From: the human T2T-CHM13v2.0 reference genome, Homo sapiens
DNA length: 64,000 nucleotides
Reading direction: 5' to 3' (one strand)
Assembly: GCF_009914755.1 (NCBI RefSeq)
Contig: NC_060947.1
The translations under genes were made by a program, and so were the position numbers. Of this stretch, positions 1-14,449 are shown piece after piece (the first letter of the stretch is position 1; every line of letters begins with the position of its first letter). The notes beneath the pieces were generated by a model. The model made no database searches. It was not told where the DNA came from and worked only from the letters and a program-made list of their open reading frames with translations.

Positions 1-158
1 TCTCCCAGAACTCCTGGCAACTCCTTATCTTTTTACTGTCTCCGAAATGTTGCCTTCTCCGAAATTTCAATAGTTGAAACCACACAGTACATAGCCTTTT
101 CAGAGTGGCTTCTTTCACTTAGTAATATGCATTTAAGGTTCCTACATGTCTTTTCATG
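1..158 (-). mobile_element. Old L1M (L1MC-like) 3' UTR fragment
   Basis: tagccttttcagagtggcttctttcacttagtaatatgcatttaaggtt is typical antisense L1MC 3' sequence; paralogous to about 690-860. Confidence 0.75.
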
Positions 159-339
159 ACAAAATACTTTAAAAAATGCATTCATTTATTCAATGTGCCT
201 TTACTGAGTTTTCTTAATGCTACCAGCACCATGCTAGTTGCTAGTGGTACAAAAATTAAAGCTACAGCACACCATAAACAAGTAGTTCCAGTAAAACACC
301 TTTTGAAGAGGCAAAGAAGATTTATTTATTTAATAAGCT

Positions 340-1575
340 TTATTTTTCACAAATAGCTTTAGGGTTACAAAGAAGTTAACAGATAAGAGGATACATTTTT
401 TTTTGAAGAGTTGAGCAGAAAGTACAGAGAACTCTCATATAGCCCCTTTGCCTCTCCCAGTTTCCCATTTTGTTAATGTCTTGACTTAGTGTGGCACATT
501 TATTACAATTAATGAAACACTATACATTATTGTTAAAGTCCATGGTTGACAGTAGAGTTCATTCTTTGTGTTATACAGTTCTATGGTTTTTGACAAATGT
601 AAAATATCATGGATCCACCATTACTGTATCATACAGAATAGTTTCACTGTCCTAAATATCCCAGAGCTTTGTCTATTCATCTCTCCCTTTCTCCTCAAAA
701 ACTCTTGGTAACCAATGATCTTTTTTTAGTCTTTATAGTCTTTATAGTTTTGCCTTTTCCAAAATGTCATACGTTTGGAATCCTACAGTATGTAGCCTTT
801 TCAGACTGACTTCTTTCACTTAGTATATGCATTTAAGGTTTTTCCATGTAGTTCTGTGGCTTGATGGTTAATTTCTTTTTATCAATGAATAATATTTTAT
901 TGTCTGGATGTACCACAATTGTTTACCCATTTACCTATTGATTGACATATTGGTTATTTCCAAGTTTTGGCAATTATGAATGAAGCTGCTATAAACACTT
1001 GTGCAAGTTTTCGTGTAGCTATAAAAAGTATGATTAATGCATCATACTGTAAGACAATGTTTAGCTTTTTAAGTAACTGCCAAAATATCTTTCAAAGTGG
1101 CTGTACCATTTTGCATTCCCACCAGCAATGGATGATAATTTCTATTGCTTCACATCCTTGCCAAAATTTGATGTTGTCAGTAATACTGGGTTTCAGTCAT
1201 TCTAATAGGTGTGTAGTGTATGTCATTGTCTAAATTTAAAATTCCCTAATGACATATGACATTGAGCATATATTCAGATGCTTATTTGTTATCTGTGTAT
1301 CTTCTTTGATTAGGTGTCTGTTCAGAACTTTTGCCCATTTTTAAATTAGGTTGTTAGTTTTTTTATGGTTGAGTTTTAAGAGGTTTTTGTGAATTCCATG
1401 TAGAAGTTTCTTAATCTGTATATGTTTTGCATATATTTTCTCCCATTTTATGGCTTAGCTATTTATTCTTTCAACTGTTTTTCACAAAACAGATGTTTAT
1501 GATTTTAATAAAGTCCAACTTATCAATTGTTTTTTTCATGGACTACATTTTTGTCGTTGTGTCTAAAATTTTATC
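340..1575 (-). mobile_element. L1MC-like LINE, 3' UTR and ORF2 C-terminal part
   Basis: Antisense L1 motifs: caaagtggctgtaccattttgcattcccaccagcaatg and aagtccaacttatcaatt. Confidence 0.85.
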
Positions 1576-3908
1576 AGCAAACACACAAATGAGAAAGAGA
1601 AAGAACACAAATATTACCAGTACAGAAAACAGAAAACCACCAAACCACAATATAAAAAAGCAAGAGACGAAGGAAGGAAGGAAAGAAGGAAGGAAGGAAG
1701 GAAGGAAGGAAGGAAGGAAGGAAGGAAGGAAGGAGGGAGGGAGGGAGGGAAGGAAGGAAGGAAGGAAGGAAATAATACAAAACAACCAGAAAGTAATTAC
1801 AAGATGACAGGAATAAGTCCTTACATATTAATAATAACCTTGAATGTAAACAAATTAAATATCCCACTTAAAAGATATAGATTGGCTGAATGAATTTTAA
1901 AAGTAACCTAAATATATTCTGCCTAAAAGAAACACATTTCACCTGTAGAGACACATATAGACTAAAAGTAAAGGGATGGAAAAAATATTCCATGGAAAAG
2001 GAAATGAACAGTAAGCAAAAGTGGCTACATGTATATCAGATAAAACAGACTTTAAGTCAAAAACAGTAAAAAGAGACAAAGAAGGTCATTATATAATGAT
2101 AAAGTGATCAATTTGGTAAGGGATATAGCAATGGCAAATATTTGTGCACCTAACACAGGAGCACCCAGATATATAAAGCAAATATTTTTAGATCTAAAAG
2201 GAGAGATAGACATCAATAAAATAATATCTGGGGACTTCAGCACTCCACTCTCAAAAATAAATAAATTATCTAGACAGAAAACAACAAAGAAACATTAGAT
2301 TTAAACTGCACCTTAGACCTAGTGGATCTAATAGACAATTGCAGAATGTTTCATCCAGCAGCTGCAGAATATACATTCTTCTCATCAGCACATCAACATT
2401 CTCAAGAATAGACCATATGTTAGGACACAAAACAAGTCTCAACAAATTTTTTAAAATTGAAATCATATCAAGTATCTTCTCAGACCACAATGGACTAAAA
2501 CTAGAAATCAATAACAAGAGGAGCTTTGAAATCTGTAGGAATACATGGAAATTAATCAACATGTCCCTGCACAACGACTGAGTCAATGAAGAAATTAAGA
2601 AATAAATTTAAAAAGTCGAGAAACAAATGAAAATGGAAACAAAACATACCAAAACCTGTGGGATACAGCAAAAGCATTACTTGTTTATAGGTATAAATTT
2701 GTAGTAAATACAGTTAAAAGTTTATGCTTACATCAAAAAGTAGAAAGATTTGAAACAAACCACCTAACAATGCACCTCAAGGAACTGGAAAAGCAAGAAC
2801 AAGCCAAACCCCAAATTAGTAGAATGAAAGAGTAGAGATCAGAGTAGAACTAAACAAAATAGACACTCAAAAACTACAAAGGATCAACAAAATGAAAAGT
2901 TATTTTGAAAAAATAAACAAATTTGATAAACCACTAGCTAGACTAACCAAGAATAAAAGAAAGAATACCCAAATAAACAAAATTAGAAATGAAAAAGGAC
3001 ACATTACAACTGATACCACAGAAATACAAAAGATTATCAGAAACTACTATGAACAACTATGTACTAATGAACCCGAAAACCTAGGGGAAATGGATAAACT
3101 CATGGATAAATATAACCTACCACGATTGAATAAAAAAGAAAGTGAACCCGAACAGACCAATAGCAAGTAATGAGATTGAATCAGTAACGTCTCCCAACAA
3201 AGAAAACAGTATAAAGACTTCTTAAAAAAACAAAAAGAGAAGTACCATATGATCCATCAATCCCACTACTGGGTATTTATCTAAAGAAAATGAAATTAGT
3301 ATCTCAAAGGCATACCTGAACCCCCATGTTTATTGAAGCACTATTGACAATAGCAATAATATGGAATCAACCTAAGTGTCCATCAATGGGTGAATGGATA
3401 AAGAAAATGTAGTATATTTGCACAGTGGAATCCTATTCTGCCATAAAAAGAATGAAATTATGTCATTTGCAGCAACATGGATGGAACTCGAAGTCATTAT
3501 GTTAAGTGAAATAAGCCCTGTACTCACTTATATGTAGGAAGTAAAAAAAATTGATTTCATGAAGGTAGAGATTAGAATGATGATTACCAGAGCCTGGGAA
3601 GGATGTGAGTGTGGGGCTTGGGGGAGGAAGAGAGGTTGGTTAATGGAAACAAACATATAGTTAGATAGAAGGAATAAGTTCTGATGTTCAGTAGTAGAGA
3701 AGGGTGACTGTAGTTAACAACAATGAATTATATGTTTCAAAATAGCTGAAAGTGAGGACTTGAAATATTCTCAACACACTGAAATGATAAATGCTCAAGG
3801 TGATGGATATCCTAAATACCCTCAGTTGATTATTGCACATTCTGTATATGTAACAAAATATTAAATGTACAACATAAATTAAAAATATTACGTATTAATA
3901 GAAAATAA
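1576..3908 (+). mobile_element. L1MA-like LINE: ORF2 endonuclease region fused to ORF2 C-terminus and 3' UTR (RT region deleted)
   Basis: ATG at 1804 gives MTGISPYILIITLNVN. ORF fragments NICAPNTGAPRYIKQ, SGDFSTPLS, FSRIDHML, FSDHNGLKLEIN are EN motifs. Jumps at about 3206 to PYDPSIPLLGIY; L1MA-type 3' UTR at 3540-3900. Degenerate. Confidence 0.9.
1669..1771 (+). repeat. (GGAA)n/(GGGA)n tetranucleotide microsatellite
   Basis: Directly visible; 11 uninterrupted GGAA at 1688-1731 and 6 more at 1748-1771. Confidence 0.98.
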
Positions 3909-4070
3909 AGTGATATTGATATAGCTGGTTAAACATCTACTATATTTATAACAGTTTTTTTATTCATTGCTCTTATTATTTGTTTCCTTTTTTGTTCTCC
4001 ATGCTTTTTCTGCCTTCTCTGGTTTTAATTGAGCATTTTATATTATTCTATTTTTTCTTCTCTCTTAGCA

Positions 4071-4480
4071 TGTTATATGGTTTGCTTCTTTGTACTCACC
4101 AAATCTCATGTGGAATTGTAATCCCCATTGTTGGAGGTGGGGCTGGTGGGAGGTGATTGGATCATGGGAGTGGTCCTTCATGAATGGCTTAGCACCATCC
4201 CTTTGGTGCTGTTCTCATGATAGTGAGTGAGTTATTGTGAGATCTGGTTGTTTAAAGTGTGTAGTGTGCACCTCCCCACCCCTCTCTTCCTCCTACTCCT
4301 GCTATGTGAGGATGCCTTGCTCTGTGTTTGCCATTCCCTGTGAGTAAAAGCTGCCTGAGGGCTCCCCAGAAGCAGATGCTTCTGTACAGCCTGTGGAACG
4401 GTGAGCCAATAAAACTTTTCTTATTAATTTTACCCAGTCTCTGATATTTCTTTATAACAATGTGAGAATGAACTCAAACA
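4071..4480 (+). mobile_element. MSTA/MSTB-like MaLR solo LTR
   Basis: TG...CA ends; ccaaatctcatgtggaattgtaatcccc, gggaggtgattggatcatggg; AATAAA near 4408; ends tttctttataacaatgtgagaatgaactcaaaca. Confidence 0.88.
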
Positions 4481-6227
4481 GCATATCAATTATATTTTCA
4501 AATTTTTAATTGTATCTCTAGAGTTTGCAAAATACATTTCTAACTAATCTAAGTCCACTTCCAAATAACACCATACCATGTCACAAGTAGTGCTGGTGCA
4601 TGATAATGGAGTATTTCCAATTCCACCATTTTTTAACATTTCTGTCATTAATTTGCCTATTTATAAGCTATAATTACCAAATACATGATTGCTATTATTT
4701 TGAACAAACTGTTGCCTGTTAGATACGGAATAAGAATAATAAAATAAAATATTTTATTTTGATTTATCCCTGCTCTAACACTATTCTTTATGTGGATCCA
4801 AATTTCTGATATATATCACTTTCATTTTCTCTGAAAATCTTTTAACAGTTTTTCCAACACAGGTTGACTGGTGACAAATTCCCTGTTTTAGTTTGTCTGA
4901 GAAAGTCTTTATTTATCCATCACTTTTGAAGGATAATTTAACTGAATATCACATTCTAGGTTTGTAATTGTTTTATTTCAACACTTTAAATATTTCACCC
5001 CACTCTCTTCTTGCTTGCATGATTTTTACAGAGAAGTCTGATGAATTTCCTATTCTTGTTTATCTATAGGTGTGGTGGGTATTTCTTTTTACCCCTCTGG
5101 CTTCTTTCAAGATTTTGTCTTTAATTTTATGCAGTTAGAAAATGATATGCCTAGGTGTAGGTTTTTTGGTATTTATTCTGCTTTGTGTTCTTGGAGCTTC
5201 CTTGATTTGTAGTTTGGTGTCTGTTAATAATTTTAGAAAATTTTCCAAGCTTATTAATTAAATATTTCTACTGTTCCTTTCTTCTATTTCTGGTATTTAT
5301 TATATGCATATTACTTCTTTCGTAATTGTTCCTAAACTCTTGGACATTTTTTACATTATTTTTTGTCCTTTTTTCTCTTTGAATTTCAGTTTAGGAGGTT
5401 TCTATTGACATATCTTCAAATGCATTGATTCTTTCGTTGGCTGTCAACATATTTTGATTTCTAGAGTTTCCTTTTGATTTTTTTCTTAGAGTTTCCATCT
5501 CTGGTTACCTTACTAATTTGTTGATATATGTTGTCCACTATTTTCATTGGAGCCCTTAATATATTAATCATAGTTATCTTATATTTCCAGTTTGGTAATT
5601 TCAAAATCTCTGCCATATCTGAGTCTGGTTCTGAATGTTTGCTTTGTCTCTTCAAACTGTGGGGATTTTTTGTTTTGTTTTGCTTTGCTTTGATTTTTAA
5701 TATGCCTTGTTACTTTTTTGTTGAAAGCCAGATATGATGTATTGGGTAAAAGTAACTGAAGTAAATAGGCTTTTAATGTGAGATTTTATGTTTATCTGAC
5801 TAAAAGTTAGACTGTGTTTACTCTTTGGTATAGCTATAGGTGTCAGAGGCTGAAATTCCCTCTAGTGTTTTTGTTCTTGTCTCCACTGTCTTGTTTGAAT
5901 TTTCCTCGAGATTACTTCTTAAATAGGGCCTGAGCTTTGCAGGTTTTTTTTTTGCAAATAAAATCCCTTATTATTATACAGGAGCCTGATTGATGTTGTG
6001 GAACATATTTCAAAATTCTATGATGTCACTGCCTTTAGTGAGCTTGTGCCCCTGGTATGTTACCTTCATAAGTGTTTCTTAGCTTCCCCCATCCCTTTAG
6101 GTGAGAGGAAAGCTAGAGTAGTCATTTCCCTTCTCCCAGGTGGGCTAGGCTTTGGTAAAACCTAAGTAGTTTAGGTCATGATAAAGTGGTTTCCCTTGAG
6201 AGCAAGCTTTTAAAAAAAGAAAAGAAA

Positions 6228-6507
6228 AGAAACAGGATCTTGCTCTGTCACCCAGGCTGGTATACAGTGGCACAATCATAGCTCACTGCAAACTCTAACT
6301 CCAAGGTTCAAGTGATTCTCCCACCTCAGCCTCACTGGGAATACAGGTGCACACCATCAAGCCTGGCTAATTTTTTAAAATTATTATTTGTAGATATGGG
6401 GTCTTGCTATGTTTCCCAGGCTGGTCTTGAACTCCTGGCCTCAAGTGATCCTCTAGCCTTGGCCTCCCAAGGCCTAGAATTATAGGCATGAACCACTACA
6501 CTGAGTC
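6228..6507 (-). mobile_element. AluJ
   Basis: tgctctgtcacccaggctgg...atcatagctcactgc...gaactcctggcctcaagtgatcc; diverged. Confidence 0.9.
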
Positions 6508-7671
6508 AACAAGCATTTTTAAAAGGAGGACAAAGTGCTCTGGGCTCATTTTAAAATGGTCACTTTTCCCTTTCCCCCTGCCAGAAGCATAAGGGAACCT
6601 TTTTCCAATCTTCACAGTAAGAACTTAGTAGCGCTTATGTAGGCAAAACTCACAAAATTGTGGGGTCCCCCTAAATATAGGTCTCATGGTGTTTTTAACT
6701 CTCAAGATAGTTCATGGTGGGTCTCCAGGAATTTATCTATTACATTATAAGTGTTTGTGGTGGTACTGGCTTTGCTCCTGGGGATCTCATTCCAGTATGC
6801 TGTGATTCTCTGCATTTGCCTTTCTCTCAACTTTCTGGGGCAGAAGTTTGCCCTGTGACTTGTTATTTGAGGGATTTAAGAAAAGTTGATAATTTTCAGT
6901 TTGTTCACTTTTTTCTTTTTGTGAGAATGAGAGGAACAATTTCCAAACTCTTTATAGTATTAATTTGTACTAATAGTACCAATCTAAATAAAATTTTGGA
7001 ATATAGTGATGTCTGTCACCTGAACTGGTTACTTTCTATTGTATCAGTGTTCACTGCTACTATAACTTGCCTTTAATGTTAATATTTAGACCCCTCTGGT
7101 TACTACCCCTCCCTCACTTGCCATGGATGCATGCATATGTGCAAACTCATCAAATTGTATATATTAAATAAGTGAGTTTTTTTGTATATCTATTGTTTCA
7201 ATAATCAGTTTAAAATGTATGTGGTTCTTACCCTCCCACATAATATCAATACTTGGAATGAGATACTTCTAAGGTCATATGAAATATATCCCAGGATTCC
7301 TCCCTTATAACCTCGACTCTGAAACCAGTCTCTTTAATACCTCTCTTTCACACATTCTGCAAAAACCTACTCTTGTCTTCTATTCTGGAAAACCCTCCCT
7401 TCTTTTCATTTAGTGAGAATTTTCTTAAGCATTTTTTGGATAACTTAGTCAACAGACATACTGTTGTAAGCATGAGTGTACCACCCTGCTTTGCCTTATT
7501 CTTTCTGTAATTTTCTGCAACTGTGTACATCGTGTCTCCTCATTTAAATTTTAAAGTTTAATGGAAGAAGGGACCACATCTTTTAATGTTTCTATTTCTT
7601 GTATGCCAAATATATAGCCCAGAGCCAGGCACTTACTAAATATTGGAAAAGAATCATTTATGGATTGTTAT

Positions 7672-9183
7672 ACTCTTCACGGAATTAGAAAAAACTATTT
7701 AAAAATGTATATGGAATCAAAAAAGAGCCCGAATAGCCAAGGCAATCCTAAGCAAAAAGAACAAAGCCTGAGACATCACATTACCTGACTTCAAACTATA
7801 CTACAAGAATATAGTAGCCAAAATAGCATGGTACTGGTACAAAAACAGACACATAGACCAATGGAACATAATAAGCAATGCCACCAATCAACAACCATCT
7901 GATCTTTGACAAAGTTGACAAAAGCAAGCAATGAGGAAAGGACTCCCTATTAAATAAATGGTGCTGGGATTATTGGGTAGCCATACACGGAAGATTGAAA
8001 CTGGACTCCTTACACCATATACAAAGATCAACTCAAGATGAATTAAATACTTAAGTGTAAAACCAAAAACTATAAAAATCCTGAAAGACAACCTAGGAAA
8101 TAGCATTATAGACATAGAATCTGGCAAGGATTTCATGACAAAGATGCCAAAAGCAATTGCAACAAAAACAGAATTCGAAAAATGGGACTAATTCAATGAA
8201 GGAGCTTCTGCACAGAAAAAAAAAAAACTATCAACAGAGTAAACAGACAACCTACAGAATGGGAGAAAATATTTGCAAACTATATATCTGACAAAGGACT
8301 AATATCCAGAATCCATAAGGAACTTAAAAAAATTAAAAACAAAAAAAAAACTCCATAAAAAAGTGGGCAAAGAACATGAACAGACACTTTTCCAAAGAAG
8401 ACATACATGCAGCCAAACAAGCATATGTAAAAATGCTCAACATCACTAAGCATTAGAGAAATGATAATCAAAACCACAACAAGATACCATCTCACACCAT
8501 TCAGAATGGCCATTATTAAAAAGTCAAAAAATAGCAGATGTTGGTGAGGTTGCAGAGAAAGGAGAGTGCTTGTACACTGCTGGTGGGAATGTAAATTAGT
8601 TCAGTCATTGTGGAAAGCAGTTTGGCAATTTCTCAAACAACTTAAAAGAGAATTATCGTTCAACTCAGTAATCTCATTATTGGATTATTGGGTATATACC
8701 CAAGGGAATATAAATTGTTCTACCATAAAGATGCATGCATGGCTATGTTCACCACAGCAATATTCACAATAGCAAAGACATGGAATCAACTTAAATGCCC
8801 ATCAGTGGTAGACTGGATAAAGAAAATGTGCTACATATACACCATGGAATAGTACACAGCAATAAAAAAGAATGAGATCATGTTCTTTGCAGCAACATGG
8901 ATGGAGCTGGAAGCCATTATCCTAAGTGAACTAACACAGGAACAGAAAACCAAATACCACATGTTCTCACTTATAAGTGGGAGCTAAATATTGAGTACAT
9001 TTGAACACAAAGAAGGAAACAACAAACACCAGGGCCTACTTGAGAGTCTTGGAGGGTGGCAGGAGGGTACTATGCTTATTACCTAGGTAATAAAATAATC
9101 TGTACACCAAACCCCTGTGACAGGCAATTTATAAAACAAACCTGCACATGTACCCCTGAACCTAAAATTAAAATTAAAAATAA
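7672..9183 (+). mobile_element. 5'-truncated old L1PA (L1PA13-16-like): ORF2 C-terminal third plus 3' UTR
   Basis: ttacctgacttcaaactatactacaag, CWWECKLVQ motif, and 3' end aacaaacctgcacatgtacccctgaacctaaaa with A-rich tail. Confidence 0.9.
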
Positions 9184-11133
9184 TATATTTGCTAGAAAAT
9201 TATGACTGCTCTGTTGAGTGATTTGTAGTCATAAACACCATTTTGATCTTTAATTCCAAAAAACACAAGTCACCTAGGTTTTTCAGGAGCTGATAATTAA
9301 GACACCTCATATATATTAATAGATGAACCAAGGATCATTTTTCAAATCCTCTCTCCAGATTCTTTCTGCAGCCTGTGAAGAGCTGTTTTTGGAAACTGCA
9401 TTAGAAGAAGGAAAGGCTTGGTTTGGAAGAACAGGATCAGCTTTCCACCCTGTGCCTGGCAGAGGCTATGGCTGCCCTCCATGTGAAGCTTCAAATTAAA
9501 ATGAAGTTGTGGTGCCTACGCAGCTTCTGGAACTACAGGGGGTTCTTCCACAGCAGGTTACACAGAGCTAAAATAATTGAGTGTGGTGTTGTTTACCAAC
9601 ATCAGGGAGAAAAACAGCAAAAGTCAATATAAACCATGAAAGTAGTAAATTCCCAATTTTGTCTTGGTTAGGTACATGTTGGGAGAGAAGAGAAAAAGAG
9701 AAACTACAACTTTAGTCAGGAAAAATAAAAACAATTTATAGAAAAACTAACCATAAGATGTGGTCTCCCAAATGCAGTTAAGAAAATTCTTATACTTGTC
9801 TGGTTCTGTGATGGTACATAAATGTAAAGGGCTTGAGATTTTAGTATGAGAGACTCAGATTTTAGAAACTCCATTCCACCAACCCAACTTTAAGCCCTTC
9901 CTGCTCTCAAATGGGAAGCAGAAGAGGTTAAGCCAAGCCAATCTTAAATGTCAGTAAATGTAAATACAAATATTTTTGGAGTAGCTAAAATACAATCTAC
10001 CTTCAGATAATGAAATGTTTGTGTTTAATAACATACCTTTACATATGCATAGTGCTGTTTACTTTTCAAATCACTTTAACCCATTTTACCCTTACAACAA
10101 AGTTAAAGTGCGTATGGTAGTTATTTTACAGTTTCAGGATGAGTTAAATTAAGGCACCATTGAGTTAATGATTTGTAAAGACCAAGCTGGAGCTTGTTGT
10201 AATTGGGAGGCGGGTACTTAGAGCCCAGTTTTTTTCTAAGCAGTCATGTTTCCAATTTTATGCTGAGTGCCAGTAAGTCATAGGGATATTCCCTGCATTT
10301 ATAACCAGGTGTCCAAAAAGAAGATGAGAATTACTTCTGCTTCTCCAATTTCCCATCTAAAATATTTCATGATTGAAAAATATATGTATTTAAGAACCTA
10401 CTCCAGAGCTAAACTGCAGGGTTGTCACCATGTAGACCCATGATTTGCTCCTTCTTTGGCCAAAGGCAAGAGAAAGAAAAGAGAAGTTGACAGGGTACCC
10501 ATTTTCATCTCACCCAGAAGGTAGCTGGTCGTTGTTGACAGTATAACTCTCCAAAGAAACAGGAGGCGCACTCTTCAGGAAATAACCCAAGCAATTCAGC
10601 CCCTCTGCAAAGAACATCTGTTCCTGGCCATACAAGATCCTTTGCAGCTTTAAAAAAAGCAAGGCTAGGAGAAAATGTTGCAGAGGGCTTCTCCTGTGAG
10701 GGCAGAAAGCAGAGGGACAGATGGGGAGCAGTGTCTGGAGAAATCAGGGTCATGGGGGTGTTAGCATTTTTGGGGGATTAGGGCTCAGAGCACATTACTG
10801 CATTGGACAAAAGCCAGGAGAAAAGCAGAGAGCAGGCTTCTCACTAATGTATGGAGATAGAAGGCCACTAAAAATCTTCAATTTGCTTCTCATAAGGCAA
10901 CCATATTCAAGGCCCCCTTCTTTACACCTTTACCTCACTACTGTCAAAACTCTAACCTCTACCACAAAACCTATACTCCTACAGATTTTTTCCCTTAATG
11001 CCATGATGCAAAAATCCAATTAGTTTCCATGATCTTAGTTTAGAGCTTGGAACCCAGTGTTTCCTCCTTTTCACCATACAAGCCATGCTGACTTTATTTA
11101 TCAAAGCCTAGTGGCATGTTAATATTTCTTTTT

Positions 11134-12120
<987 letters not shown>

Positions 12121-12358
12121 TAATATTTCTTTTTGCCAAGTGAATTATTCACTTCTTTTCTTTTCCATCTTATCTTCATGTCAAGAGCCACTTTTTGTGT
12201 TTTCTTGTAGAAGGTCCCACCCACACATACACCCAGCCAGGATTCTCCACGCCCATCATCAGAGACCTGTGTGAGCTGTGTGACCATCTGTAGTCTTGGC
12301 ATGGCTGCTTTCTCCCCAAATCAAGCCAATTCAGCCAAGAATACCGTCTTTATTTCAG

Positions 12359-12504
12359 GCTTCTCAAAGAGCATCTTGGAGAAAAAGAAGTTGAATTGGC
12401 ACTCATCTTTGACTCAGTTGTGGAAGCTGACCTGGCGAATTATACCTGCCATGTTGAAAACCGAAATGGACGGAAACATGCCAGTGTTTTGCTGCGTAAA
12501 AAGG
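12359..12504 (+). CDS. IL1RAPL2: IL1RAPL2 internal coding exon (C-terminal part of third Ig-like domain; probably exon 8)
   Basis: Acceptor tatttcag|G and donor AAGG|gtattt; 146 nt, phase 2 to 1. Translates [48 protein letters not shown] with the Ig D-x-A/G-x-Y-x-C motif, and joins in frame to the 20771 exon (G+AT=Asp). Confidence 0.95.
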
Positions 12505-13559
12505 GTATTTATTTTTATAACTATAACTATGGTTTGCTTAGCTATCAACAACTATTGAAGTTAGAGATATTTCCTGGCTTTATTTTATCATGTAGTGTAA
12601 ACCTTTATTAACCATTTTGTCTTTTCAAGGAAAGATATTTCTCTTGCTCTGCATATTAGCATAAAATACCTATGATCTTCAATACCATTAGGAAGTGGAT
12701 AAATGAAATGAAGTATTGTCATATGTTAAATCCAGTGATATAAATTGTACCTTAGTTATAAGTGTTACATAAAATTTGATATATATTTGACATTCAATAT
12801 TTTCTCCACATTTTGCCTTCTTATATCTTATATTGCTTAAATGAAATGCAAGAGATTTTATTATTGGATGAGAAACACAGTTGCTTTTTTATTCCCTGAC
12901 TAAAAAATAAAAAAATAATAATCCCATATAATATGCTTACAATTGTTATCATAAAAATTATAAACCATATTTTATGATATGACTTGGTATTAAGAGATCT
13001 TTATCAGGTGCATATATTTCTAAATATTTTGGCATCCCTTTCTCAAGTTGGTTCCAGACGGGGTGGAAATTGTATATAATGAACAAAGAAAAGAAACTCT
13101 AAATTTACATATAAAGGAGATAAAAAACAGATATACGAACAACAAACAATCTCAGCAGCTAGAGTAGCTTCTGAATTGGCTCTTACCTTGCTATGGCTTT
13201 TGATTGCTACAAAAGGGTAAATACTTTTTGTATATGTACATCCGGCAAAGGCTTTGCAAATGTAGCAGAACAAATGTTCTCAATCAGTGTTCTTGTTGCC
13301 CACGTTTTAGAGCAATAATAGAACAGATTCAATCAGCAAGGTCACTTAGTTGTACTTCCTGGCCAGGATGGAATTTATATTTTCCAGCCAGCCCTAATAC
13401 TTGACAATGACAAGCAGCTCTTGAAGAAGCAGAGAGGAATCATTATTCTGAAAATAAGGCGTTTATATCTCTAGCACCACTTCGTACTCCATTAGACTTG
13501 ATTTTATCTTAAAATAAAGGCATATTTAAGTGTAAAGAAGTCTAAAAGAGAAAGTAAAG

Positions 13560-13750
13560 TCAGAAGACCCAGATTCAGGAGATCCTGGTTCAGTAGGACT
13601 GACTTGTCTTATTAGACTCCCTAAACCTTAGTTTTCTTATCTTTAAAATAGGATTAATAATACCTACCTTGCAGAGTCACTTTGAGGTTCAAATAATAAT
13701 GATATAATGGGTGTGAAATATGCCATGACCAAACAGTCTTTATTATTATA
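13560..13750. mobile_element. MIR fragment
   Basis: MIR core-like ccttagttttcttatctttaaaataggattaataatacctacct. Confidence 0.65.
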
Positions 13751-14449
13751 CTGAACTTGGATAATTTATCCTAGGTAACCACTTAGGAACCACATGAAGG
13801 GCAGGTATTGATCATGCCCAAACACCTTGTGGCAAGGATCACTTTGTTTCTGTTCATCTCAGTCTTATTTCGGGCTTAGAGATCCTCCAATCAGAGCCTG
13901 CTGCTATACCTCTGTATCCTCAGAGATATCAACTTGAGCAGTGTCTAGCTAGTAATAAGCACTTAGAACCCATTCTGGTCAAATAAATGGCTAATTTTTT
14001 CTTTTATTAATGAAGACTTAGCTATAGCCAGCACTATGATAGGTGCTGGGGAATAGAATGCTGAATAAGATAGACATACCCAGGTCTTCTTGGAGCTTAT
14101 ACTCTTTGGAGGAGTGAGAATGCAAAGAAAGACCAAGATTAAACATTTTTTAAAATTCCGCAAAAGATACATAGTGTTATAATTAAAAACCTGCTATGAG
14201 GAAAAATAATGGGGGGTGTCTTATCAATCAGCCCATGTGGACAGAAATAACCTTATTTGAGTTTTAAAATAAATCCATTTCTCTTTAATAAGTAAAGCAA
14301 CACAAGGCAGCCCCTAAAAATTTCTAAAAATTTGACACTACAAACCAAGACACACTGTAATACTCTGCTACCACCCAAGGCTTCTACAAGAAAACTGGTC
14401 TAAGTCATGTTAACTGACAATGTTAATTCTCATCTTCCAAATATTTAAA

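Larger units (their letters stand above)
3909..6950 (-). mobile_element. Old L1M ORF1/5' region, interrupted by an MST LTR and an AluJ
   Basis: Minus ORF 5461-5655 (EPDSDMAEILKL..KITMINILRA) resembles the N-terminus of old L1M ORF1; antisense L1 motifs tctgagaaagtctttattt, cacttttgaaggataattt. Confidence 0.75.

Noticed and set aside
1-860. Similarity between 1-158 and about 690-860 as a local segmental duplication
   Set aside because: Both are L1MC-type 3' UTR sequence with substantial divergence; independent copies explain it, and the first is cut by the window edge.
9183-9215. Possible third L1 3' transduction (ttatgactgct versus ttatggattgtt upstream of the 7672 L1)
   Set aside because: Putative TSD is too degenerate to distinguish from chance in AT-rich DNA.
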